Assembly (NCBI GenBank): GCA_028713935.1
Contig: JAQTNI010000014.1
Span: 1-28,232, forward strand
DNA length: 28,232 nt
Source: Candidatus Iainarchaeum sp.
GTDB taxonomy: Archaea; Iainarchaeota; Iainarchaeia; Iainarchaeales; GCA-2688035
Direction: 5' to 3'
How positions within the stretch are numbered: position 1 is the first letter of the stretch; each line of letters starts with the position of its first letter. Both the position numbers and the translations under genes were made by a program. The notes beneath the pieces were generated by a model. That model made no database searches and was not told the DNA's origin. It saw only the letters and a program-made list of their open reading frames with translations. Of the stretch, positions 1-8,442 are shown in pieces.

Positions 1-31
1 TTTTATCAATAAAATCGTTTGTATATTTCAT
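1..31 (-). CDS. 5' end of a CDS that runs off the window (MKYTNDFIDK...)
   Basis: ATG at 31..29 on the minus strand, preceded by AGGAGG (reverse complement of 39-44). Only 10 codons are visible. Confidence 0.3.
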   Translation of the reverse strand, partial: MKYTNDFIDK

Positions 32-75
32 GGGAACTCCTCCTTTTGGGTTCTAACAAAAAGATGGAGTTCCCA
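31..75 (-). promoter_or_regulatory. Perfect 10-bp stem hairpin overlapping the RBS and start codon of the leftmost CDS
   Basis: TGGGAACTCC (31-40) is the exact reverse complement of GGAGTTCCCA (66-75), with a 25-nt loop. The stem covers the A of the ATG and part of the GGAGG. Confidence 0.3.
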
Positions 76-143
76 CTTAAAATAAAGCATTCAAAGTGGG
101 GACATATCCGATGTCACTAAACAGTTAGGTATAAAATTAATGC

Positions 144-668
144 TTATTTTGTCATGCCCTTAATAATTGCCAAATTAAAGATTACGGAAACAATAAAAAC
201 AAATAACATAAGAATAGCAGAACAAAGAGCAACAATATTGGTAGGAGTTTGAATAAAAATTTGAGTATCAAAAAGCATTAGCGCCAGTGAAATTGCTAAC
301 AAAATTGTAGATAACCTATCCAAAAATGCCATTGTCTGTTTTCTAGTGAGCTTGCTATCCCATTTTGATTTGCCCATAGTTAATTTCGCTGCCAAACTCT
401 GTTTGTTTTCACTTTTGCTTGGTGATTTTACAGGACTGCCTTGCTTTTCTTTGATATACAGCGCATCAGCTAGTTTGATTAATACCACTAAAATAACAAA
501 AAAAGCAATTACTGCCGATACAAACAGGATCAAATGAAGCAGTATATTCTGTTCATAAACAAAGTTGAAATAGGGTGCGGCCAACGTTGTCATTATCCCC
601 CCCAACACCCCAAATAGAGCCCCCAGAACAATGCCCAGCAATAGATAAACTTCTTGCTTGTTTTCCAT
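144..668 (-). CDS. Hypothetical integral membrane protein
   Basis: 174-aa ORF with hydrophobic helices at both ends and a Lys/Ser-rich linker. TAA stop. No recognisable family motif. Confidence 0.6.
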   Translation of the reverse strand: MENKQEVYLLLGIVLGALFGVLGGIMTTLAAPYFNFVYEQNILLHLILFVSAVIAFFVILVVLIKLADALYIKEKQGSPVKSPSKSENKQSLAAKLTMGKSKWDSKLTRKQTMAFLDRLSTILLAISLALMLFDTQIFIQTPTNIVALCSAILMLFVFIVSVIFNLAIIKGMTK

Positions 669-775
669 AATTAAAGTTTATCCCAATCCCTGTTTATTTC
701 TTTCTTTTCAGCGGAGGCCATTCTGTTTTTTCGGCTTGTTTTAAATATTTAATTGGTTTTGTTATTATAGTTTTT

Positions 776-1045
776 ATGACTCCACGAAGAAGAAGGCCTG
801 TGAAAAAAGAAAGCCTGGCTGTTTCATGGGAGCATGGAACCATGCAAAAGCGGGTAACTACAGAAGGCTCGCCATTATGGGTGGGAATGAATGAAGCTGC
901 TGCAACAAAGGCATTAAGCGAACACGCCCCAAAACTAGGCCTAAAAAACATTAGAATAGTGCGCTCTTCCACTGGAAGACAAGTAAGTATGCAGCATATC
1001 CCGCAGAAAAAATGGGATGCTATTTTTAAAAAAAAGAAAAAGTAA
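776..1045 (+). CDS. Hypothetical small basic protein
   Basis: 89-aa ORF with an ATG start. It competes with the antisense ORF 694..972. The plus-strand product looks less like low-complexity junk. Confidence 0.3.
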   Translation: MTPRRRRPVKKESLAVSWEHGTMQKRVTTEGSPLWVGMNEAAATKALSEHAPKLGLKNIRIVRSSTGRQVSMQHIPQKKWDAIFKKKKK

Positions 1046-1060
1046 AAACAAAAGCTTTCC

Positions 1061-2026
1061 TTACCTTGCCCTTTTGAATTCTATTTTTATGTTTTCGTCT
1101 GGTTGCCTTGTTGCTGTTATTATCCATCCTAGGTCTGCGAGTGAGTCTGATTCAATTATTGTTTTTGCCTGGGAAGCCAGCATTCTTCTTCCTAAATGCA
1201 GGGCAGTGTCTTTTTTTGCTTCTTCCGGGATTGGAGCTGCAAATACTTGTTGTATAATTGATTTTAGTGTCCTGAAGCGGAGTAATTTGTTTTCAATGAG
1301 TTCAATTGAATCAATTGCAAGAATTACTGCTTTTCTTGTTTTTTGCTGCAATGGAAATTCAAGCCTTGTTTTGTATGCCTCTAAGCAGGTTTTGACTGCT
1401 GTGCTTGTCAGCCTTGGATTTGTTTCAAAATGCGCTCCTAATGAAATCAATTGCTTTACTGAAAACCAGAATTTTCCAAAATCAAAGTTTTTTGAGTTCA
1501 AAACTGTTTTTCTTAGTTTTACAAGTTCTTTTCTTGGCAAAAAAATTTTTCCAAGGCATTGCAATTGTGTTTCCAGCCTTGGATTAATCATTCTGCCGCA
1601 AACAGCTTCTGCAAGCCTTGGCCTTCCAAGCAGTGCTGCAACAAGCTTTTTTTGGGAATTTTTTTCAAGCCTTGCAAAAGAAAATCTTCCTGTTAAACCC
1701 AAGCCGGCAATCAATGTGCCGGCAGTAATATTTCCCGCTGCAATTGAACCAAGCCCGAACCCGCCAATTCCATAAAGAGACTTTTCAGCCAAACCCTGGC
1801 TTTCAGTGGCAATTTTTAAGCGGGCAACAAGCCTGTTAACAGTTTCTTTGGGCCTGGCGCCATTTGTTCTTTGTTGTGTTTGTTTTCCCTGGCCAATGCG
1901 CGCCTGCAAGGCAAGAAGATTGTTTCTTGCAGCCCTGCTCCCTGTTTTTGAAGCTGCCCAGCCAATTGTTTTTGCTGCCCTTGCACGAAGCCTTCCAGCC
2001 ATATGAGAGAAATAGGGGAATGGCAA
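1061..2026 (-). CDS. Hypothetical protein with a Gly-rich hydrophobic segment
   Basis: 321-aa ORF with a basic N-terminus and the segment GIGGFGLGSIAAGNITAGTLIAGLGLTG. Preferred over antisense ORF 1017..1775, whose product is Phe/Ser/Cys-rich junk. Confidence 0.55.
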   Translation of the reverse strand: MPFPYFSHMAGRLRARAAKTIGWAASKTGSRAARNNLLALQARIGQGKQTQQRTNGARPKETVNRLVARLKIATESQGLAEKSLYGIGGFGLGSIAAGNITAGTLIAGLGLTGRFSFARLEKNSQKKLVAALLGRPRLAEAVCGRMINPRLETQLQCLGKIFLPRKELVKLRKTVLNSKNFDFGKFWFSVKQLISLGAHFETNPRLTSTAVKTCLEAYKTRLEFPLQQKTRKAVILAIDSIELIENKLLRFRTLKSIIQQVFAAPIPEEAKKDTALHLGRRMLASQAKTIIESDSLADLGWIITATRQPDENIKIEFKRAR

Positions 2027-2274
2027 TTTATTTTTAATGTTTCAAAAAAATGGCAGTTTTATTTTTTGTAGATGCCTTCCTTGTGGTCTATTTTTATCAC
2101 TAAGTTACAGATCCAGTTCTTTTTTTATCCGCACAAGGGTTTTTACCCTGCCTTCCGCAATGTCTTTTCTTGCTTCCTTTAGTTCGGCTTTTGCTCTTTC
2201 AGACAAGACCAAAAAATCACCTTAAAAAACAAAATTGCTTCTTTTTAAATTTCCTTCTCTTCTTAATTTATTCC

Positions 2275-3117
2275 ATGAATCCCCTCGTTATCCTTTCTTT
2301 TGCAATTGCTGTGTTAGTTGAGATTTGTGTTCCGCTAATAATCGGTTATTGGCTTGTGAAGAGATTCAAGGTTCCCTGGAAACTGTTTGGTTTAGGAGTT
2401 TTATTTTTCATTATTGTGCAGATATTGCATACCCCTTTTGTTGTTTTGGCTCAGACCCCTTTTTCCCAATGGGTTCAGTCAATTGCCCCCGATAAAATAT
2501 TTTTGCTTGCAGGAATTTCAATTTTTTTGGGCTTAATGGCTGGCTTGTTTGAAGAAGTTGGCAGGTTTTTGGTTTTCAAGTATTTTTTCAAGCGCCAAAA
2601 AATTGATTTGAAAAAAGAAAATGCTTTTTTGTTTGGAGCTGGCTGGGGAGGCATTGAAAGCATTGCTGTTGGAATTATTCTTCTTTTGACAATGTTTTCT
2701 TACATGGTGGCGGCTCCCTTGACAGGGCAAAATATTGCAGACATTAATGCGGCTTATGGGGGCCAATTGACGCAGGAACAGGTTGATGCAATTACAAAGC
2801 AGAATGAAGCCCTGATTAATTTGTCTCCTTTTGACACTTTTGTTGGAATGTTTGAACGGCTAATGACCTTTGCTATCCAGATTGCTTTTACACTCATGGT
2901 TTTTGCTTCTGTTGTCACTAGCAAAAAGAAATGGCTGATAATCGCAATTATTTTCCACACTGTTTTGGATGCACTGGCTGTTTTCACTGGCCAGCTTTAC
3001 GGGGTTTTAATTGCGGAGGTAATTGTTTTTATTTGCGCAGTGATTGCCTTGCTTTACATTAAAAAGGAATGGCCTGGCCTTGCAAAGGCACAGGCAAAAG
3101 GAAAATGGGCCGCTTAA
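2275..3117 (+). CDS. YhfC/CPBP-like intramembrane metalloprotease (putative)
   Basis: Polytopic membrane protein with FEEVGRF (EExxR-type motif) and a late FHTVLDALAV (HxxxD) motif. The internal ATG at 2275 (MNPLVILSF...) was chosen over the ORF-track start at 2170. Confidence 0.55.
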   Translation: MNPLVILSFAIAVLVEICVPLIIGYWLVKRFKVPWKLFGLGVLFFIIVQILHTPFVVLAQTPFSQWVQSIAPDKIFLLAGISIFLGLMAGLFEEVGRFLVFKYFFKRQKIDLKKENAFLFGAGWGGIESIAVGIILLLTMFSYMVAAPLTGQNIADINAAYGGQLTQEQVDAITKQNEALINLSPFDTFVGMFERLMTFAIQIAFTLMVFASVVTSKKKWLIIAIIFHTVLDALAVFTGQLYGVLIAEVIVFICAVIALLYIKKEWPGLAKAQAKGKWAA

Positions 3118-3156
3118 TTTGTCAGGCAATAGAAAAATAAGCTTTTAAAAAAAGCA

Positions 3157-3573
3157 TTAATCTTTACGCCGGATTACATACAAAGATTCGCGCTGCTGTC
3201 GAAGTGCTGTTTGAGCCAAATCAATAATTTGCTTAAGAACGTGTTCTGTTTCTCTTGGGGTTTTCACTGCATATAACGCGCTGTGAAATGCACCGATCAT
3301 GGCAGCATTTCGTTCGCGCGGAGAAAAATGAGGATTTTTTGTCACTGCAATAATTCTTTGCACAACTGGTTCTGCAAGCGATGGAAATTGTCTTCTGATT
3401 TCTTTTCTAACGGATTCAGGGTCAAAAGCAACAGCCTGCAAGCCAGGCATAACATTGGCTAATTCTGAAGTCCTAATCTTCAAACCTCTTGTTTCACGAA
3501 GAGCACGCTCAAATTTGTCAGATACTCTTCGTCTGGGTCGTACTGGTTTTGAACTGCGAGGAGCCTTTACCAT
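3157..3573 (-). CDS. Hypothetical protein
   Basis: 138-aa ORF with an Arg-rich N-terminus. It looks more GC-rich than its neighbours by eye. No motif recognised. Confidence 0.5.
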   Translation of the reverse strand: MVKAPRSSKPVRPRRRVSDKFERALRETRGLKIRTSELANVMPGLQAVAFDPESVRKEIRRQFPSLAEPVVQRIIAVTKNPHFSPRERNAAMIGAFHSALYAVKTPRETEHVLKQIIDLAQTALRQQRESLYVIRRKD

Positions 3574-3746
3574 GGTAAAAATAAGATGCCTGGCATATTT
3601 ATTTATATCGCTGATTGTGAAATTACAAAATAGGAAAGAACACCGCCTTAGCAGCAGCGCTCAAAGTCTTTGCAGATTTCTTTGCAAAGCTTTTTTCCTT
3701 CTTCAGTCCACTTGACATTGCAGCCTTTTTCGGGCTTGTAGGTAAT

Positions 3747-4961
3747 TTAAGCCTGAATTGTTATTTGCTTTGTTTCCATGGTTTCTGTAGGTAATTTTTC
3801 TTCAATGTTGTTTTCGAAGTATTCTTGGATTGTTATGCAGAGATTGTGGCAGACTGCTCTTGCGAGTATTTCGTTTTTTTGTGCTTGGAAGGATTTTGTT
3901 CTTAGGCAGGAGCCGAATTTGGATTTTATCATGTTGAAGCTTGATTCAACGTTTGAGCGTTTGTGATAGTGTTCTAAGAATTCTTGTCGATTGTTTTGGA
4001 AGTATTGGAATAGTTTTTTCCAGAGCATGCTTCCTCTTGCTTTTCCTGTTATCCCTTCTTTGAATGGAATGTAAGGCATTGCGTTTAGGTTTACTACAAT
4101 TTCAAGGTTCTTTTTTGAAGAATAAGCCTTGTCTGCTGAAACTTCTTTTACATTGAATTCTTTTGCCGTGCTTGTTACAAGTTTTTCAAATTGTGGAGAA
4201 TCTCCTGAAATTCCAGGAGTAATTTCAATGCTTGTTATTGCGTTTGTGCGAGTGCCAACCATTACGTGCGCTTTGACCCATTCTCTTTTTTCTATTTCTT
4301 TGCCCCATTTGTGGTCAAACCATCTGCCAAACTGGCTTGTTGAGAAGCCAGTGCTGTCAACTGCAAAATCTGCTTCCAGCTGCTTGAGGCTTAGTGCAGC
4401 AAGCTTGTATAATTCATCAAAAATTTGTGTCATTCTATTGTCTCGCAAATAATCCATTAGCACTGTGAAATCGTAAACATTTTCAATGAAGCCTTGTTGC
4501 TTTGCCATTTCCAAATCAGAAATCAATCTTCTGCTTGACAAGCCAGTAAAAGTTTTAAGAATCAAGGAAAATGCCATGTCTTTCAAGTCAACAGAAGGTC
4601 TGCCAATCCTATTGTGTTCTTTAATTACAAGGTAATCAAGCAATTCTCGCAGCATTTGCATTAACAACAATTTTTCATTCTTCTGGGCTTGAGAATAAGC
4701 ACTCCAATTCTGCGAAGGAACAGGCTTTGAAACATACTCAAATGTAGGCTGTTGCCCAACAGGAATTCTTTCTGACTTAAACCTTTTTCCACAAGCCTTG
4801 CAGCTAAACACGTGGCGAAAAAAAGTTCGGGGGCTATTAAAATGGCGGCCATGCTTAATTACAGACTCAGAACCGCAAAACTTGCAAGGAAGTGTTGTAT
4901 TCTTAATTCTAGTGTGTTTTGCGTAGATTATCCCCTCATTAATGTTTATCGGTGAATTCAT
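3747..4961 (-). CDS. DDE transposase (IS4/IS5-type DDE_Tnp_1 fold) with an N-terminal Zn ribbon
   Basis: N-terminal CKFCGS...CKACGK. Catalytic candidates are AVDSTGFS, SADKAYSS and YHKRSNVESSFNMIK, which matches the Y-x2-R-x3-E-x6-K signature. Terminal inverted repeats could not be identified confidently. Confidence 0.85.
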   Translation of the reverse strand: MNSPININEGIIYAKHTRIKNTTLPCKFCGSESVIKHGRHFNSPRTFFRHVFSCKACGKRFKSERIPVGQQPTFEYVSKPVPSQNWSAYSQAQKNEKLLLMQMLRELLDYLVIKEHNRIGRPSVDLKDMAFSLILKTFTGLSSRRLISDLEMAKQQGFIENVYDFTVLMDYLRDNRMTQIFDELYKLAALSLKQLEADFAVDSTGFSTSQFGRWFDHKWGKEIEKREWVKAHVMVGTRTNAITSIEITPGISGDSPQFEKLVTSTAKEFNVKEVSADKAYSSKKNLEIVVNLNAMPYIPFKEGITGKARGSMLWKKLFQYFQNNRQEFLEHYHKRSNVESSFNMIKSKFGSCLRTKSFQAQKNEILARAVCHNLCITIQEYFENNIEEKLPTETMETKQITIQA

Positions 4962-5071
4962 CGATAAATATTAGGTGCAGATGTGTTTATAATACTTATT
5001 GACCGATGAATATATCGATGAACGCATCGAAATATTTAAGTAGGACTTCGGACTTTATTATTCCGATTCCA

Positions 5072-5284
5072 ATGGATGATAGATTAACCAAAGAAATTTT
5101 AAGCATAATCAGCCACTCTGAAAAGCCCCTTGACACAAAAACAATAGTTGACAAAATAAGAATAAAAGATAAAACCGCCACTAGGACAAAAATACTGCTG
5201 CGACTGCGTGAAATGAAGGGAAAAGACATCGAAGGCGAAATGTTTGGCTCGGGCAAGGGTGTTTGGATATGGTGGAAGAAGTGA
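5072..5284 (+). CDS. Small winged-helix protein upstream of the R-M operon (possible controller)
   Basis: MDDRLTKEILSIISHSEKPLDTKTIVDKIRIKD... has a wHTH-like pattern. It lies on the same strand as the first methyltransferase and 65 nt upstream of it. The start could instead be 5006. Confidence 0.45.
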   Translation: MDDRLTKEILSIISHSEKPLDTKTIVDKIRIKDKTATRTKILLRLREMKGKDIEGEMFGSGKGVWIWWKK

Positions 5285-5349
5285 TTACCGGAAAGCTGCT
5301 CTCTCGAAAAGCATTTAAAAGCCAAAATAATGTATTAATAGGGCCAATT

Positions 5350-6303
5350 ATGAGAGTAATATCTTTGTTTAGTGGGGCGGGTGGCATGGATTTAGGATTA
5401 ATCCAAGCAGGGCACCAGATTGTATGGGCAAACGACATAGATGAAGACTGTGTCATGTCCTACAAGAAAAATATCAGTCCTAATATTGTTCATGCAGACA
5501 TTTCAGAAATAAATTTAAACTTGATTCCTGATGCTGACATAGTAGTAGGCGGATTTCCCTGCCAAGGATTCTCTCAAGCAAATCTTAAGCGGTCAAAAGA
5601 TGATAAAAGAAACAAGTTGTATCTTTATTTTCTGAAAGTAATCCAACAAAAGCAGCCTAAATATTTCTTGGCTGAAAATGTAAGAGGCCTTCTTAGCATT
5701 GATGGCGGCAAGGCAATAAAAAGAATAATAAACGATTTTTCAAGTGCAGGGTACAGAGTCAAGCACAAACTTTTTAATTTGGCTGACTATGGTGTGCCTC
5801 AAACTCGAAATCGTGTTATAATAGCCGGGATAAGAAAAGACCTCCCTTGGGAAGCAGATTTTCAGTTTCCAATTCCAACTCACAGCAAAAAGGGAGAGAA
5901 AGAAGGGCTGCTACCGTGGATAACTATCTCTGAAGCACTAAGAGATATTTCGGAACCTGAAAATGAAAAAAATAGCCTTCCAAACAATGTCTTTTCAAAA
6001 TACAAAGTAACAAACAGGAATTTTACAGGACATCGCAAGACAGACCCAAGCAAACCGTCACCAACAATTTTAGCACGAGGCAATGGAAAAGGCGGCGTGT
6101 GCGCAATACAGCATCCAAAAAATCACAGGAGAATGAGCATTAGGGAAAGTGCAACAGTACAAACATTCCCGTTGGAATTTGAGTTTTATGGAAGCATGAA
6201 TTCTTGTTATAGGCAAGTGGGAAATGCTGTTCCAGTTCTTTTTGCAAGAAGGCTTGGAGAGCAATTGAAAATACTTGAAAGGAAAGTGACTGCATGCGCA
6301 TAG
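5350..6303 (+). CDS. DNA (cytosine-5)-methyltransferase, copy 1
   Basis: Motif I FSGAGGMDLG, motif IV GGFPCQGFS, motif VI ENV, motif VIII QTRNRV, motif X GNAVPV. The internal ATG (MRVISLFSGAGG) was chosen as start. Confidence 0.95.
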   Translation: MRVISLFSGAGGMDLGLIQAGHQIVWANDIDEDCVMSYKKNISPNIVHADISEINLNLIPDADIVVGGFPCQGFSQANLKRSKDDKRNKLYLYFLKVIQQKQPKYFLAENVRGLLSIDGGKAIKRIINDFSSAGYRVKHKLFNLADYGVPQTRNRVIIAGIRKDLPWEADFQFPIPTHSKKGEKEGLLPWITISEALRDISEPENEKNSLPNNVFSKYKVTNRNFTGHRKTDPSKPSPTILARGNGKGGVCAIQHPKNHRRMSIRESATVQTFPLEFEFYGSMNSCYRQVGNAVPVLFARRLGEQLKILERKVTACA

Positions 6304-7220
6304 TTTCTCTTTTCTCTGGTGCGGGCGGTCTTGACTGGGGCTTTCTGAAAGCAGGGCACCAGATTGTATGGGCAAACGACAACTTTGAGGTTGCAGTAGA
6401 AACATACAAGCAAAATATAGGGGCCCACATAGTGCTAAAGCCTATTGAGAAAGTCAAAAACAGCGAAATTCCAAGCTGTGATGTTGTTATAGGGGGATTT
6501 CCCTGCCAAGGATTCTCTGTTGCAAACAGAAAACGAACTGCAAAAGATAAGCGCAACACACTTTATCTGCAGTTTTTAAGAATACTCAAAGCAAAAAAAC
6601 CAAAGTATTTTCTTGCAGAAAATGTAAAAGGCTTGCTTTCGCTAGAACAAGGGAAGGTATTCGAAGCAATGATAAATGACTTTAGCAAGGCAGGATACAA
6701 AGTAAAACACACAGTAGTAAACGCTGCTGACTATGGGGTTCCCCAAAAAAGAGAAAGAGTAATAATACTTGGAACAAGAAAAACCGAGGACAAGGAAATA
6801 GATTTTCCAGCCCCCACACATTGCAGTCCAGGCAAAGCTAATTTGAATTATCTTAAGCCTTGGATTTCAATAGGTGAAGCCTTGAAAGGAATACCTGAAC
6901 CAGGTAATGCGGCAAACTTGCCAAACCACACTTGCTCGAAGTACAAGCTTATTTTCAATGGCCACATAGGGCACAGAAGGATAGACCCAACTAAGCCAGC
7001 ACCTACAGTTACTGGGCGGGGGGATGGCAGAGGCGGTGTTGTTGTATTGCACCACCCAAAAAACCATCGAAGGATGTCTGCTCGAGAACTGGCAACTGCC
7101 CAATCATTTCCACTTGATTATAACTTTTATGGAAGTCAAAGTTCGGCTTATCGCCAAATAGCCAATGCTGTTCCACCAAAATTGGCGCTATCTTTGGCAT
7201 TGTCAATTCCGAGGGATTAA
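6294..7220 (+). CDS. DNA (cytosine-5)-methyltransferase, copy 2 (paralog of copy 1)
   Basis: MRIVSLFSGAGGLDWG, GGFPCQGFS, ENV, QKRERV, ANAVPP. Its ATG overlaps the stop of copy 1 (ATGCGCATAG, 10-nt overlap). Confidence 0.95.
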   Translation: MRIVSLFSGAGGLDWGFLKAGHQIVWANDNFEVAVETYKQNIGAHIVLKPIEKVKNSEIPSCDVVIGGFPCQGFSVANRKRTAKDKRNTLYLQFLRILKAKKPKYFLAENVKGLLSLEQGKVFEAMINDFSKAGYKVKHTVVNAADYGVPQKRERVIILGTRKTEDKEIDFPAPTHCSPGKANLNYLKPWISIGEALKGIPEPGNAANLPNHTCSKYKLIFNGHIGHRRIDPTKPAPTVTGRGDGRGGVVVLHHPKNHRRMSARELATAQSFPLDYNFYGSQSSAYRQIANAVPPKLALSLALSIPRD

Positions 7221-8442
7221 ATTGGTAACAGCACCTAAAAAACCATTTCCAGAATATAAATGGCAGTGGGCAACGCTCACATGCACTGAGGGCCTTAATT
7301 CGCCCCCTGTTTTTTTAGGTGTGCTGCGTGCAATGAGGGCACACGAAGGAGAAGCGCCAAGCAGTTCTAGCTTCAATGAAGAATTAAAAAAAATTGAAAA
7401 CCAGACACCATCTTCAGTGCACCTTGCTCGCTCGCCGGATAGAAATATTGTTCGCAATTCAGGACAATATTGGAAAGCACTTGACTTAATTGAGGATGCG
7501 CATGGAAAAATTCAGCTTACTCCTTTTGGGCGCAAAGTTGCTGATAGGAATATAACTAAAACAGAATTTGCAACCACCGTAATAAAAACGCTTGAATTGC
7601 CAAACTTGAGAATAGAACCAAGTCCTGAAAAATGGAAACAGTCTGGCTTGCACATAAAACCACTTGAGCTTATCTTAAGCATTCTTGCAGAACTTGAAAA
7701 AGAAAAAGGAAAAAAGCAAGCGTATATCACGCCTTTCGAGCTCATCAGAATAGTAATTCCGCTTTCAGGAGAAAATGCCCCAATAAGAAATCAAATAGAA
7801 GCAATAATTTTGCACAGGCAAAACAGGCTGGATATATCAAATTGGCCTGACTGTGCAACTTCTGCAAATGACCAGCGCATGGCTCGCGAGTTTTTGTTGT
7901 TTCTTGAAAACTATGGGCTATGCAACAGAGTAAGTGGTAGGACAAGGCTTGATGAAAAGTATTATCTTTGCTCTTTGGAACCTGATGAAGCAGAAAGCTT
8001 GGTAAACATAAAGCCAAAAAATAGCTCCTTGAAAATGCTAGAAGAAGTAAAAGAAAGCCAAATTCCATTTGTTGCAGAAAGAAAAAAAGTTTTCATAGAA
8101 ATAATTGCGAGGTCACAGCAACCGCAATTTCGCAGAAATGTTCTAAGAGCATACAAATCCACCTGTCTGCTAACTGAAGAGAAATTATCTACTGTGCTTG
8201 AAGCTGCGCACATAAAACCCGCTAGCTTAAACGGCAATGACCGAATTGAAAATGGATTTTGCTTTAGGTCAGATATACACATGCTTTTTGATTCAGGCCA
8301 TATTCAAATAGACCCTGAAGGAAACATTAAAATGTCCGAAAGTGCTTTACGCTCAAGAAGCTACAAGGACCTGCCAAAACAAGTTAAAATTCCTAATTTT
8401 GTAAGCAGGAAAAATCTTGAGTGGAGATGGGCATATTGCTAA
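7165..8442 (+). CDS. HNH-family (HNH_2 / COG3440-like) endonuclease; putative restriction endonuclease of the module
   Basis: The C-terminus RSQQPQFRRNVLRAYKSTCLLTEEKLSTVLEAAHIKPASLNGNDRIENGFCFRSDIHMLFDSGHIQID matches the classical HNH_2 pattern. The roughly 330-aa N-terminal region was not recognised. The start is either ATG 7165 (overlapping the copy 2 methyltransferase) or TTG 7222. Confidence 0.8.
   Translation: MLFHQNWRYLWHCQFRGIKLVTAPKKPFPEYKWQWATLTCTEGLNSPPVFLGVLRAMRAHEGEAPSSSSFNEELKKIENQTPSSVHLARSPDRNIVRNSGQYWKALDLIEDAHGKIQLTPFGRKVADRNITKTEFATTVIKTLELPNLRIEPSPEKWKQSGLHIKPLELILSILAELEKEKGKKQAYITPFELIRIVIPLSGENAPIRNQIEAIILHRQNRLDISNWPDCATSANDQRMAREFLLFLENYGLCNRVSGRTRLDEKYYLCSLEPDEAESLVNIKPKNSSLKMLEEVKESQIPFVAERKKVFIEIIARSQQPQFRRNVLRAYKSTCLLTEEKLSTVLEAAHIKPASLNGNDRIENGFCFRSDIHMLFDSGHIQIDPEGNIKMSESALRSRSYKDLPKQVKIPNFVSRKNLEWRWAYC

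Noticed and set aside
1017-1775. 252-aa plus-strand ORF overlapping 1061..2026
   Set aside because: Its product is Phe/Ser/Cys/Leu-rich with no domain-like pattern. The minus-strand ORF is longer and more protein-like, though neither has a family assignment.
3590-4975. Terminal inverted repeats or target-site duplication for the IS element
   Set aside because: Only a weak ATATTTAT..CG similarity was found between the flanks, so I cannot define the element ends by eye.
5880-7206. Antisense ORFs inside the methyltransferase genes (5880..6083, 6070..6405, 6140..6559, 6207..6428, 6867..7103, 7009..7206)
   Set aside because: They are shadow ORFs opposite strongly supported C5-MTase coding frames, and their products are low-complexity or Cys/Phe/Ser-rich.
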